A DNA stretch of 63,881 bases, filler included, from Reclinomonas americana ATCC 50394 (taxonomy: Eukaryota): assembly GCA_048213135.1 (NCBI GenBank). It is 18 parts of 18 records of this genome, joined end to end, with 100 filler letters (N's around TTAATTAATTAA, not from the genome) between each part and the next. Parts side by side here need not be neighbours in the genome. Positions count along the whole stretch, not along the records: positions 17,959 to 24,707 come from AFZH01016869.1; positions 24,808 to 33,890 come from AFZH01016870.1; positions 33,991 to 40,534 come from AFZH01016871.1; 15 more parts are not named here. One strand, written 5' to 3'. Numbering within the stretch: position 1 is the stretch's first letter; the number at the start of each line of letters is the position of its first letter. Shown one piece after another: positions 24,601-38,300 of the stretch. A model generated the notes under the pieces. It ran no database searches and was not told the origin of the DNA. It worked only from the letters and a program-made list of their open reading frames with translations. The position numbers and the translations under genes are program-made.

Positions 24601-27230
24601 TCCTCCCCCTTCGTCTGCCCCCCTCCGTCCTCCCCTTCCTCTCCCTTCCTCCCCCATCGTCTGCCCCCCATCGTCCTCCCCTTCGTCTTTCCCTCCTTCC
24701 CTTTCCCNNNNNNNNNNNNNNNNNNNNNNNNNNNNNNNNNNNNNNNNNNNNTTAATTAATTAANNNNNNNNNNNNNNNNNNNNNNNNNNNNNNNNNNNNN
24801 NNNNNNNTTCGTCTTCCCTCCGTCTTCCCCTCCGTCCTCCCCTTCGTCTTTCCCTCCGTCTTCCTTCATTTCTTTCCCCTTCTCCTTGAACCTTCCCCTT
24901 ACCCTCCCCCTCAGAACCCTTCCCCTTCACTTTCCCCTTCCCCTTCCCCTTCCCCTCATCCCCTTCCCCTTCGTCTTCCCCTTTTCCCTCCCCAGGTGGC
25001 CTGCCAGGAACTCGTGCAATGCGTCCTGCAAAACAGCGAACAAAAATCGCAGCTGCTGTGGAATGTGGTCTCCCCGTTTGTCAATGCCGATGCCCGCTTC
25101 ATTGCCGAGTGTGTGTTTCGTCTCGGCGACGGCGGCGGTGTGCGCGCCTTTCGGGAGAGCAATTCGTTTCGTCACAGCACCCAGACCTGCATACTCACTC
25201 CTCATTAACCTCACCCTTAATTGCTTACGGTAGCGATCGCGAGTTCACCGAGGATGTGGACTCCATGGTGGAGCTGCTGTCCACGTTGCGCAATTCCGAT
25301 CTGGCCGGCGATCTGTACGTGAAGCTCCTCGGCACGTTCATGCACCTGAGCAGCGAGCTGTCGACGAGCACCGAGTACAGCCAGCCAGTGCTGCACAACC
25401 AGTTGCGTGGAATATTGCCTCTGCAAGTGACGCGCGAGGAAATCCAGTTGCTGACTTGTGTGCGGCTTGTGCAGACGTCGAAACATTCTCCAGCTGCTGT
25501 GTCGCATGGGTGGGCAACTGAATGCCGCCATGCTTCGCAACACGACGCAGACGCTGGACATGCTGTACCTCATTCTAGCGGACGCAGTGGAGCGGGACGA
25601 GAGCACGCTGGTGGAGACGGATGAGCAGGTGTGCATATTGTGCGCGTGCCCTGATATTCTCTCTCCCTCACACACCACATCTGCGGTAGCCCACCGCCCC
25701 TCCATCTGCGTCGGCGCCTGCGCCCCGAACAACACTGCTGGACTTTGGTGGAGACGAGGCGCAGGATGGCGGCGGTGACCTCGACGACGATGCCGATGGT
25801 GAGCTGGTGCTCGAGGGACTGCGAGTGGTGCGCAAATCGAAAAAGGCTACCGCCGACAATGGTGCTGCCGCCGGCTCTGCATCATCAACAGCATCGTCGG
25901 CTCGCAGCAAAATCGAGCAGCTGCTGGATGACGGCGATCGGCGAGACGCACCGCCAAAGCACGATACGGAGCTGCTCGATATTGCCTTGTCCATTCTTGC
26001 TCTTGTGTTGGAAGGTGAAGAAGGGAGAACGTGCACGTCAAGAGACTCTCTGTTCACTGTTTTCACATCCCGTCTGTGCAGGACGTGTGAGCGTATCGCT
26101 CGAGGAGCACCGCCGATTGCTGTCATTCATGCCACTCCTCACTCGCCTCTCCGAGCACCCGAACGAAGATGTGGCTGGTCTTGCTTCCATATGCCATGTG
26201 TTTGCGCTGTCGCGCACAATGGCGGCAGCCACCGATGAGGCCGCTGGAACAGCAGAGGACGCCGAGGCTGCGCGCACTCGCGAGGAGAAGCGCATCCTCG
26301 ACTCGATCCTGACGGAGATCAAGTGTGTTATAGTTTCGCACTTTTTTGTCTTGGTCTGCTCGTTCTCACATCAATGCACGCAGGGATCCTCTGATTCCCA
26401 CCCGCGGCAAGGCGGTGGCAGAATTGCGGGAGCTCACTCTGCGCCGCAGCTCGATTGTGGAGCAAAACCTGGATCACCTGGTGGAGATGCTGACGTCGCT
26501 GCTGAAGGAGGAAGACAGGTGCGAAGCATCAAAGAGTGAGTGTCTGGTTTGTTTATTCACCCTCCCTTTGTTCCTTCTCCTGCAAAGCTACGTCTTCCTG
26601 TCGGCGATCAACGGCTTGCTGGCCATGGGCGATGTGTACACGGAGCGGGTCGTTCCGGCGCTCACCGATCTGTTTGAAGATCGCTCGAAGCGAGTGGAGT
26701 TGCGACTCAAGGTCGGCGAGAGCCTGGTGCGAGTGGCGGAACGGTGTGGCGAGATGTTGCCGCACTACGGTACGTCGCAGCAATCCATCGGTATTCTTGT
26801 CCACTTTTTCGCTCTGACTGTTCGCGATGCAGGTCGCCTGTTTGTGAACCCATTCCTGCGCTGCCTCGGAGATGCGGATGCGTTGCTGCGTGCCTCCTGC
26901 CTCTCCAACATTGCATCGCTGGCCGGGGTGATGGGAGCCGGTGCCTTCCCCTTCATCACGGACATTGCGACGGCGGCTCTCGGCGTGCTGCAAGTGAACG
27001 ACCCGGCAGTGGAGGTGCGACGAGCCGCCCTATTTGTGCTCGGCTTCATGTTGCTCGGCGCCGGCGCCCAAGTGCCGTCGCTGTTGGGACAGCAGTTGAT
27101 GCGCGATGTGGCCTCGCGCCTGCTCATTGTGGAGGGCAACACCAAGGAGGACGACGTGTGCCGTGCACACGCACGACACGCCATCATGCTGCTCGACAAC
27201 ATTCTCTCACACCCGCTGCTGGTGGAGTGA
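21630..27230 (+). CDS. TANGO6: TANGO6/Rtp1 HEAT-repeat protein (RNA polymerase II assembly/import factor family)
   Basis: DPLIPTRG, EEDSYVFLSAINGL, ELRLKVGESL, DALLRASCLSNIASL, VEVRRAA, YYDSICQQL, LAGDLY; about 14 introns, one gap. Confidence 0.85.
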
Positions 27231-27291
27231 AACACCAAAGAATCGACGCAAATTCCCCCCTCGCTTCGTTCACTGTTTTTGTGCGCACGCG

Positions 27292-30200
27292 TCAATCATC
27301 GTCCTCCGCTGCCTCCAGCTCTTTCCACGAGCGAATGTTGCTGAGCAGCGATTCAAACACCGACGACGCGGCTGGTAAGGAACGTGACAGCAGCGAGAAC
27401 ACCGGCTTCGCCACGTGCTCGTTGAAGCCGACTTGTGTACCGACAAAGTGAATTCGGTCGCGATCTGTGTGGCACACACACTCGAGTTGAGTGGAAAATC
27501 CAACACGCAATCTGCGGCGCTGCATGACACTCACCAAACATGGTGGCCACCTCAACACCTGCCGCCTTTTCTTCGTCGCCCTGCTTGAGGAACTCGTCAA
27601 TGACGCGTCGGCCCCACTGGCGGGCGATCTGTGTGCAAGCAGCGGGAGACCAGGAGAGTGTCAGCTTCACGGGGAAAATGCAGAGAGCATGCAGTTAATC
27701 TCATCGTCAAACACACAGAGTTCCTCTCCTCGCGCGTCTGCAGTCTCCTTTTAAACTCTCCTCTCTTTCTTTCTCATCTACAGTATTCGCGCTCTCCTCT
27801 CCAGTCTTCGTGCTCTCCTCTGTTTTTCTCTTTCTCGCACATTATGCCTCTTGGCCCAGCATTGCAATCAATCTCATCGTCAAACACACATCGCTTCCTC
27901 TCCTCGCGCGCCTGTCCCTTAAACTCTCCTCTCTCTCTCTCGTCTCCAGTCTTCAATCTCTCCTCTGTTTTTTCTCTTTCTCGCACATTATGCCTCGTGA
28001 CACAATATCGGCCGGCGTGCTCACTTACTTTAGTTTCTCTTCCGCCAACCCCCCCCCCCGTCTTTCCCCCTGCTGCACCCACATTCTTCGCTATTTTCTC
28101 ACTCATTCGCTCTACCTCTTCCCACTCCTTCCCTGCTTCCCCTGCTGCACCCACTACCATTGCTAATCTCTCAATTTCTGTCTCTCGTATTCCCTGCCTC
28201 CCACTCCCTCGCATCTGATTGTCGCTCTCTTTCAGCCTCTGTCTGTCAACTCGACATCCTGCATACTTCTCATCCCTCCCGCTCTTTTTCCCCCTCCGCA
28301 TCTAGTACCGCTCTGACCCAGTCTGCTCCAGTTCCATGCTTTACCTCACCGCCTCCCTCTCTTTCACTCCCTTCCCCCTTCGCCCTCCCGCTCTTCCGCC
28401 CCTCTTTTTCTTCCTCTCCTTCCCTTCGCCTCCCGTTCACTCCCTTCTCCCTTCGCCCTTCCCCTTCGCCCTTCCCCTTTGCCCCCTTGGCCCCCTTTGC
28501 CCCCTTGCCCACCCCTTGGCCCCCCTCTCGCCACGCAACAGGGAACGGCTTGGTGCACGAGCTGAGATCACTCCACTTGACAATCATGCACAACATGAGC
28601 TGCCGGTGATCGTCGTTGGCGGTCGGATTGAATTCACCGCTGTCCAACAGATCACTGAGACGGCGCGAGTAGTCCTTGTCGCGACTCGGGTCGGTGGAGA
28701 GAATCGTGGCCACCAGCGAGCGCCACGCCTGTTTGCACAGCTCGGGCGTCAGCGACGAGAACACGTTGGTCTCGTGGTTGGTAAGAATGGCCATGGTGAT
28801 GGAGGCGTGATGTGTCTCCATGATGGAGCCGGAGGAGTACAGCACACCGAGCGGCGAGGCCATGTTGCGCAGGAACTGATTGGTAAGCCCTGCGTGCGAG
28901 GATACAAGTGAGTCTCCGGGGGGAAACTGAGAGAGAGAAGGCACCCCGCAAAGAATTTACCTTGATGATTAATGTCGTGGCACAGGGCGGCGGTGAGCAG
29001 CACAAACATGTCGATTGGACGCATCCACGGCAGATCCTTGGCCGCACCACCTCGCGGATGCAGGTACCAGAAGCAGGAGTGGGTGACTGCGTGTGGAGAC
29101 CGCATATTAGTGCAAGTAGATGATCAAGAGATAGGATACCGCCACCGCCTCACCATCGAATGCATGCTCAAAGTTGTGATAAATGACCTCGCTGTGGTAA
29201 TGACGGCGCACTTCGGTGACGAAGCGCAGCAGCTTCTCCGTGGAAATGCTAAACGTGTCGACCAGGCCGAGCTCCTCGTACATGGCGACCACGAGACCCA
29301 CGCGCTCGTCCGCCGACACCCCGAAATGATCAAAGCCCCACGTGAACAGCTGTTCGCGCAATTCTGCACCCACCACGTACTGCTGCTGCATAGCGGCAAG
29401 AGTGGGCTCAAACACCAGCTGCGGGTGCGCCACGTAACCGGAAATGCCGCTGCGGTTATACAAAGCGCATTATGAGCAGGATGGAAAGAAAGGAAAGGGA
29501 GTGCACTCAAGACAATACAACCAACCAGAAAGCGGCAAAGGCCTCCAGCAAACGTGCATCCTCCGCGGCAAACGTGCCGTGTCGCTTGTTGACCATTTCC
29601 TATGGAGGGCGTGATGTGAGTGACAGACTGCAACGTGAGTGGGCCACAGGGGACGCAACAGCAACGCCAATGACTTCGCCAGTTGGTGAGCGCACAGGGG
29701 CCGCCAGGATGTTGTGCGTGGTGTATCCTGTGGGCGGTGTGGGTGAGCGAGAAGGTAAGAGAGAGAAAAAAAGAGACGGAAGGACGAGAAGAACAAGGAC
29801 GAGTGAGTTGAACAGGAGAAGAAGAAGAAGAATCACTTGTCGTTCCTCCTGCTGCCGGTGCTCACAGGTGGTCTCTGCTCTCTAAACGACAAGTGACGCA
29901 AAACGCTGAAGATCTGCGTTGAATGAGCCGCCAAGGCAGAAAGATTGACACAAAGATCAGGTGAGATATTGGGGAAAGAAGAACAGAGAAAACAACAGAC
30001 AGCCCAAATGCAGCAGCCGACTCTGGCTCCGTCTCTGTCTAACACTCACCGCTCCGCTTGTCAACCTCGGGAGAGAATTTGGGGTTCGAGTACGGATCGT
30101 TCTCAATCACCGTCTCCCCACTGCTGGCAGTAAAGCCGGCAATACCCTGCGTCATGGGCATGCGAACCTCGCCAAGGACTGCCATGGAGGTGAGACGCAT

Positions 30201-33179
30201 GCAGAGGGTGCCTCACAAATAACAACAGCAGTGACACACCATCCGACAAGCGCGCGACAATTTCTTGGCGGCCGCGATCCAACTCGAAAATCGCAAAGCG
30301 GTCGGCACCCACCAACCGACTGGCGTGCCGCATGAGTTCATTCATTGTCTCCGAATCGTGATCGCCGGAGACGAGCGTGATGGCGATTTGCACAAGTGTC
30401 TCGTACTGATCGACAATGTCAGCACCCACACTCTTATCATCTCCCGCACACGCGACACGCGCTCACCTTGTGTTGCACGGCGGCCAAGTTGTTGAAAATG
30501 AGCGCATTGCGCAGAGCGATGCCGCAGAATGTGGCAAACACCTCAAACACCTGCGGGAAGAGTGAGACTTTGCGGGTGCTTTTTTTGGCAGGCTTGTGGA
30601 GGAGGCTACGAACCTCCAAATCGCCTGGTGTGAACGACGAGCCGTCTTCCTTGTTGCACACTTGCGCCACGCCGATAATCTCACCAGCCTGCGCAATCGG
30701 CACGCACATGACCGACTTGGTGCGGAAGCCCGTGCGTTCATCTTGTGCGCGGTCAAATCGCTCGTCGCGTTGCGCGTCCGCTACAATAATGCTCGTGCCG
30801 GAGGCCGCGGTCATGCCTGACGGTGCGTGAGCCACAGAAGGCACGAAAGTGGGGAGATAGAAAATCATGACATTCCCCTTCCCTCACCTGCAAGCCCCTG
30901 CCCCAGCGGGATGCGAATCGGCGAGTCTGTCTCATCGACGCCGTCGGCCACTCGCGAGATCAACTGGCCCGCCTCACGATCGACGAGGTACACGGTGGCG
31001 CGCTCGCCGACCACCAAACTACGTGACAACTGCATAACACGTCCTGCGCTCACCGCGTGTCAACAAACGGATACAGGTTTCTGCTGTGACAGCAACTCCT
31101 TCGACGCAACGCAGCACGACATCCACATCCAGGCTCGCCTGCAGCGACTTGGCGAATCGCATTACCAAGTCGGCACGATTGCGCTGGTGCATGGCCTGTC
31201 GCATTGCACCGCGCATCATGAGATCGTGCTGGTGTGCTGTAACGACAGAGTCTCACGACGTACCTCAGAGTACAGCATGGCGTTGCCGAGGGCCAGACCG
31301 CAAAAGTCGGCAATCATCGTGGCCCACTGCTCGTCCTCGGCATTGAACGGACCAGCTGCGTTGGTGTGAGTGCGATGAAAACGGTGAAGTGGACTTTTTC
31401 GTGGGTGCTGCGCGTGCGCAACATTGGTCAAAGCGGTTCATCAGCTGAATGACGCCAATGCACTGCGTGTGTGAAAAAAGAAACGTGAGCGCCTCTGCCG
31501 AAACGACACACCGACAAGAATCGCACCTTGCCCGAACGTCGAATGGGGACCGACAGGAGGTTGCGCGTATAGTACCTGCGAAAAGGCGGCAGAGTGCGGG
31601 CGAGGGCGGCGGCGGTGAGTAACGACAAAAACAATACCAAATCAAAGCACAGCGCTGCTGTTGTCTCACCCCGTGGCAAAGTCCACTTGCTGATTGAAGC
31701 GGGAATCTGTGCGCGCAAGAAGGTCGTGAGGAGAGCCTAGGAGAAGAAGAAACGATACAAAGGGAGCTGACAACAAACCCGAGTAGCAATCGGCGACGTT
31801 GATGATCGCGCATGTGGTGGCACACTGACCGGCAATACTTGGCGTCGACAGCGGCAGCCGGATGCTGGCCAATCCGACCGCATACGTCGTGTACAACTCA
31901 TTCGTCTTCTCGTCGAGCAGGAACACCGAGCAGCGCTCGCACCCAATGAGGCCGCGACTGCGCTCCACAATGCGACCAACCACCGACTCGACATTCATGT
32001 CTTGCACAATCTCGCTGGCAAAGTGCAGCACCAGTTGCGACTTGTCTTGCACTTCACGAGCTGCGCACATTGCAAATCAGTCACGCTCGCCTGGCTCTCC
32101 TTTTCTCTCTGCCTACACGCACCCTCAGAGATGAGCGTGGCGCACACGTGTCGAATGGCCAGCTGCGAATAGAGGCGCCCGACAGTGCGCAAAAACGACT
32201 GCGTCAACTCCAACTCCTCCACGCTGAAATCCGGCAGCCCGACTACCACCGCCGACTGCGCCACCACTCCACCGTGCTGCTGCTGCTGCTGCTGACCCGC
32301 GGCATCCACTCGAAAACGCAGCAAGTGCACAATGAAGAGCACCTGCGATTCGCATCAGTGTCTCTCGTTGTTATGCCCGGAGAAACCCTACGCGAATACA
32401 TACCTCGCCCGTGGTCGGGTCCGTCACCGGCAGCATCATCGACGAGCAGCGACCTTCGCGCCCACGCGCAGCGACCGGCAAGAAGCGCAGGTCGACATCG
32501 GCAGTGAAGCCGCGCTCGCGCACCAAATCGCCCGAGCGGATCGCCTGTCCCGAGACCACCACGCGATGAGTGACCGATTCGCCCAGGAACATCGGCTCAA
32601 AGCCATCGCCAGAGGTGGCGGTAGCAGCAGAAGTCGACGATCCACGCGGTCGACTGGCGCCGGCCGAGGATGCGCTGCACGCAAACGCAAAGAGTCAGTC
32701 AGTAAGTAAGTGAGTGACAGTGATTGATCGATCAGTGTACCGTGTGGGCGATGCCTCTCGTGAGCGCGTCATGGCAAATCGCAGCTCAGAGGTCGGCGAG
32801 AGGCACTGTATGTGTGCGTCAGTGTGTGTGAGAGACAGAGAGTGAGAGAGTGAGAGTGATAATTTATACGCACAGAGGATGCGCCAATGAGTGCGGCCGA
32901 GGCTGTGATGCGGAACTCGCGTGCGCGTTGTACGTGAGTGGTGCTCTCACAGACCTCCAGCACACCACCGTGAGTCACCTTGTGTGGGTGAATGCGAGGC
33001 ACACACACACACACACAGAAGAGTCAATGCGAGGTGTGTGAGTGTGAGCGCAGAGTGTGAGTGCGTACTTGGAGAATGTGTGTGAGCTTAATGTAGGCCA
33101 TGGAGATGAGCTCGGCGCCGGATTGGGCGCCGATGAGAGCGTCGAGAACGTCGTAGAGAGCGCCTTTGCTCAGCACCAT
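27292..33179 (-). CDS. Class I cyclic-nucleotide phosphodiesterase with four GAF domains (first degenerate)
   Basis: Catalytic YHNFEHAFDV, AALCHDINHQGLTN, ETHH, ILSTD, KWSDLS, DEFLKQGDEEK, TQVGF; GAF motifs IGVIQLMNR, IIGVAQVCNK, VIGVAEMVNK; about 20 introns. Confidence 0.93.
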
Positions 33180-33714
33180 GTTGTTTGTTGTGTATACGTC
33201 GGGATTTTCGCGCGCGCGGAAATTCCCCGCAGTGTGATGAGCGCGCGGGAAAAGCGTGTGCGTGCGTGTGAAATGGAGTGGAGGAGCAGCGAGGTGGAGG
33301 AGAAGTGGGCGAGAGAACTCGAGAGATGGCATCGATATCGGCGTTCGATATTATATCGATACTGGCGTTGTGTTGCGGTGGGGCCAACGAGAGCCTCAAA
33401 AGAAGTCACGGTGCATGAGGATTGTATCATTGCAAAGCCAGCCAGACTCGCTTGGAGCTGCTTGAAAGAGAATTCGCTTCATGTGCATGTTTCTCTCTGG
33501 TCTCGAGCTCGAGCCCTCTTCTACATGCGCGACACTGCAGCTGGCACTACCTGAAGGCGAAAAGTGCCGATCTACTGCAACCCTCCTTCGTGCGACAACG
33601 CAGCTACGTACGCTGCAAAGACCGCATGCACAACGACGTCGACGGAATCATTTGCAAAAGGAGAACACGCCCTCTTTCTTCCACCCTCCGTCTCTCTTTC
33701 TTCCACCCTCTGTC

Positions 33715-33785
<71 letters not shown>

Positions 33786-34060
33786 GTCGTCGTCGTACGT
33801 CGTCGTACGTACGTACGTACGTACGTACGTACGTACGTCGTACGTACGTACGTCGTACGTACGTACGTCGTACGTACGTACGTACGTACGNNNNNNNNNN
33901 NNNNNNNNNNNNNNNNNNNNNNNNNNNNNNNNNNTTAATTAATTAANNNNNNNNNNNNNNNNNNNNNNNNNNNNNNNNNNNNNNNNNNNNGAACCGACCG
34001 ACTGTCACAACGAACGACGGTACGGACGACTATTCTAGTAACGAAGAACGACGACCTCCT

Positions 34061-34118
<58 letters not shown>

Positions 34119-35331
34119 CTCTCTCTCTCTCTCTTTCTCCCTTTGTGTCTGAGTCTCTCTTGTCTCTCGTGCAGTTCTGGTGACGATGAGGCTACTCAAC
34201 CTTCCAGCAGAGTTTGGGTGTACTGGTGCGTCTGTCTGTCGCCATGTGAGTGTGTATAGTGTGAGAATTCTCACTCACTCAGTTCTCCAGCAACACTGTC
34301 CGCTGCGACAGGTTGGTCTGTGTCTCGCGTGTGCTTTCCTTGCTCTCTCTCTCTCTCTCTCTCTTTGTCTTCCTGATTGCCCTCTCCCATCTCACTCCAC
34401 CTTCTTCCTCTCGATCCTTCTTGCCCGCTGGTCTTCTGCTTCATCATCCGCTCTTCTCCTCCTTCCTCACTTGGATACGCGGACACTTCCAGCTGTTGGA
34501 CTTGCCACTGGAGTCTTTCAAGCCGCTGTTGAGTCTTTGCCCCGCTCTCGCGTCGCAAGCCGTGCATTTTGTCAGCCTATCCTATGTAATATGTCCCCTA
34601 ACCGTTGCATCCGTTTGATTAGACCGACCACTTTTTTTTTATTTCCAGTCGCATATTGGCGGAGAGTTCGATCACCGTTACTCTTTCCCGTGTGTTTGAT
34701 TCGGCACTGCTGCCTCTCAGCAGAGAAAAGGAAGGAAAGGTTTGTGTGCACACGCTGCGTGTCTCACCGCGTTCTCTTTCTGTCGTCATCCATGCTGCGC
34801 GTGCGTGGTGTGTGTCCCTCTGAGTGTGTGTCTGGTTCACCAAGTGCGGCTTTCCATTGTGTGTGTGACTCGCTTTTGCTCCCGTTGCCGCTGCGCTTGT
34901 GGCACTGCCGCACTCCACTCCCCCCAAGTAGTGTGCAAAATTTGGCGCGCACGCGCCTATTCCCTCGTCTCTCAGTTCCCCTGCGCTCCTCTCTCTCCCC
35001 CGCATGTTTCCTCTCCTTCCTCTCCTGTCACTCTCTCATGTGTTTTGCACAAAACTGCTACTGGTTGACACGCACGCACGCAGTAGTAACGCGTTGTTCA
35101 CTCTCCTTGTAACGGTCACATGTTTCGCGCGCGAATTCCTTTGAATGTGCACATGCACAAACACTCTCCCTCTCTATTTCTCATTCTCACTTTCACTTGC
35201 TCCCTTTCTCTTTCTCCGAGAGCGTTGATTTCTTTGTATGTGTGCTGTTTTTGTTCGCTGTAGAAGTCGCGATTGCTAACGGATAAAATTCGCGCCAACA
35301 GGTGTGAAGAAAGAAGAAAAAGAAAAACGAC

Positions 35332-38300
35332 ATGTCGAGCATGCAGGGCGTTGTGGCGGCCCTGTTGATTATTGTGGTCACGCTGGCTGTGAGCATCTCG
35401 GCCAATGTGCCAACTGGACCAACGACTCCTGGCACGGCAACGATTCTTACGTTGAGCAGCAAGCAAGTCCGCCTCAATCTAGGCGAGGGCTCTGCCCGTA
35501 ATGGCGCCTTCCAGAACCTTGAGTGTGATTCCCCGATCACTACGTGCGCTGGCACCATCTTCTACCCGGACACCTTTGCTGACTTCGACGCCGGAACCTG
35601 GACTGCCCCCAAGCTCGGAACGTGTGTTCGCCCCGGCAGTGCACACGTGTAGAGACGTCTACTTATTTCTCGCTCTCTCTTTCTTCTCCCTTTGCAGCAC
35701 GTATCCCGATACAACATCACGATACAACGATCTTGATGCAGCCCCGAGTGTTGTCAACGTCAACGACCCGTCGATTCTGGCGGTATTGGGCTGTGGTTCC
35801 AATCCGATCGGCAACTCCGAGCGCATCTTCCGCTGCGATCGAAACACGGGCGTTACCAGCAACTTGGAGTATCAGCTGAACGGCTGTTGCGCACACATTC
35901 GGTCGCGCGAATTCCCCCACTCGTCAGTTTTGCTAACTGTTCCTCTTGCCCCTCAATTCAGTGCCGGCTGGTGACTATCAGGTCAAGTTTTACATCGCTG
36001 AGAACAGCGACCGCCCGCCGAGTGCCTCGCGGTGCCAGATTTTCAATGTCAATGGCAACCAATCTGTCGTTGCGTCGACTTTAGTGTTGCAGCAGAATGT
36101 GTATTGTGGGGGTCTGGATGGGTGGGTGTGTGTGTGCTCTGTTCTGCTCTCGCTGAAACAAACTCTTCCAACAGCAACAAAACACCGTGGCTCTCGCCGG
36201 TGGCGTGCAGCGCGCCGGTACGTTTGTGTGGCCGCCGATCGACTCAAACAATCGCGCCGCAACTGTGCCTGCCAATGGAAGCTTGAACATCAAAGTTTGC
36301 GTGATTAATGCGAGTGTTCTGTGTCGCATGGAGCTCACGGCATGTGTGAACTTGGCAGGTGTTCCCTGGCAGTGGCTGTGCCAACAATGTCGCTTCGATC
36401 AAGGCGCTTGAGGTGTTCTATCTCAGTTGCGTCTGCTCCCCCGCATGTCGACGACATGATGTAGCGACTGACTCTCCCTTTTCTCTCTCTCTCGAACAGA
36501 CCGCCAGCCGACGAACCTGACCTTCACATTCGATGCCAACTGGTCGTCGAAGAAGACTCCGGTCGCCATTGGCACCGTTGTCGGTACCTTCTCGGCCACC
36601 GACGCTGAGAACGACACGCTGACGTGGTCGCTGTCCAACAGCCAGAACGGTCGCTTTGCGATCTCGACCAGCGGTGTGGTCACCGTCAACAAGATTCTCA
36701 ACGACGATATCATTCGCGGTGTGCTCACCATCACGGGCGCTGTGTCTGACGGCAAAAACCCGGCCGTGACGCTGAGCAAGGACGTGTCATTCAGTTCCGT
36801 TCCCTGGCAGAACAGCATGCGTGTTTTGTTCACTCTTTTTCTCTCTCTTTGTATTCTTCCTACTCTCCTCCTCCTCTTCTTCCTCCACCTCATCGTTACA
36901 GCACTCTCACTCTCTCTCTCTCTCTCTCCTTCCTTTCACTGTTGTGCTTCTCGTTCGTTCATTGTACTGTCTGTCGGTCTCCGCTCCAAGAGCGCCGTTG
37001 CCTGTCGTGGACTGTGAGCTCACTGCCTCTGCTTTTCATCTTCTCCCACAGCTGTGACTGGCTCGGAAAACGGCATCACGACTCTGGTGCTCGGCGGCAA
37101 GGACGCTCGCATCCACTTGGGCATTGGCGATGCTGGTGGCGGTGCCTCCAATGTGAACGTGTGCAACAACGACATCACTATTTGCACTGGCCAGACGTTC
37201 TACAAGAGCACTCTTGCCGACTTCCCGTCGATTGGCACTGTGGTGACCAACGGACTGTTGCGTTGACTTCCTCTCCCTCTCTCTCTCCTTCCCTCCCTCT
37301 CTCTCTCTCCTCTCGTCGCTTTCGTCTCATTTGGCTTGCGGTGGCAGTCCGTACCCGGCGAACAATGGCGACCGCAACGACCCGATCTCCGACTCTGATC
37401 TGAGCGCGCTGTTCGGCTGCGTGGATCAGCCTCTGCGCGATCTGTTCAAGTGCCAGCGCTACGTTATTTCGCCCAACATCATGGAGTACAAGTTCAACGT
37501 GCCGGCTGGTCGCTACCGTGTGCGCTTCTTCTTTGCCGACACTGTGGGTGGCCAGAACAAGCGCTGCGGCCTGTTCAGCGTCAACGGCGTGCAGTCGCCG
37601 GAGATTGAGCAGGTCAGCTTCCTGGCCGCCAAGTCGGGACGCGCGTCCGAGTACGCCTGGCCGCTCGGTTCAAGCCCGGCTACGCTCACGTCTCCTGGTG
37701 TTCTGAACATCAAGATTCTCCCTGGCTCGACCTGCACTGGCTCTGGCGAGGTGTGTTGCCGCTCTTGGTGCTGATGAAAGGCGCTGATGTTGAGCTGACA
37801 TTGTGTTTGACTTTGTGTGCTGCTGCAGCTGAACGCCATCTCCGTCAACTCGTTCGAGATCATCAACGTCAGTTTCGTCTTTGTATTCTCATTCGTCGTC
37901 TCAGTCTCTCCCACTCCACTTTTGCAGAATTCTCAATCTCTCCTTCTCCTCCTCCCTCTTGCCCACCGTCAGACCTGCCGCCGAAGAACCTGCAGTTCAC
38001 GGCCTCCAAGGCGTACCTGGTGCTGCCGGCCTTCTCGAACACGAGCCTGGGAACGGTGTCGGCCACCGATCCGGAGAACGATCAGATCACCTACTCGCTG
38101 GACGACAACGACGGTGGCCTGGTGAAGATCTCTGCGACTGGTCAAGTGCGCACCAACAAGGCGATTGACCGCTCTGGCTGCAAGCTGGAGCTGAAGTTCA
38201 CTGTGCGCGCCACTGACAAGTACGGCCGCTATGTGACGAAGGAGGTCACCTTCCCTCGTTGCGTCCATGTTTCTCCTCGTCATCGTCGTGTGGCATTTCC

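Noticed and set aside
33781..33890. Palindromic (TACG)n tract after (CT)n
   Set aside because: It lies at a contig end after a microsatellite and matches the TACG flow order of 454 pyrosequencing, so it is most likely read-end noise; raw reads would settle it.
35883..35961. Apparent GC-AG intron giving LN|VPAG
   Set aside because: The GTTGCG donor 3 nt downstream also keeps frame (LNGLPAG) and fits the common donor class; no intron I traced required a non-GT donor.
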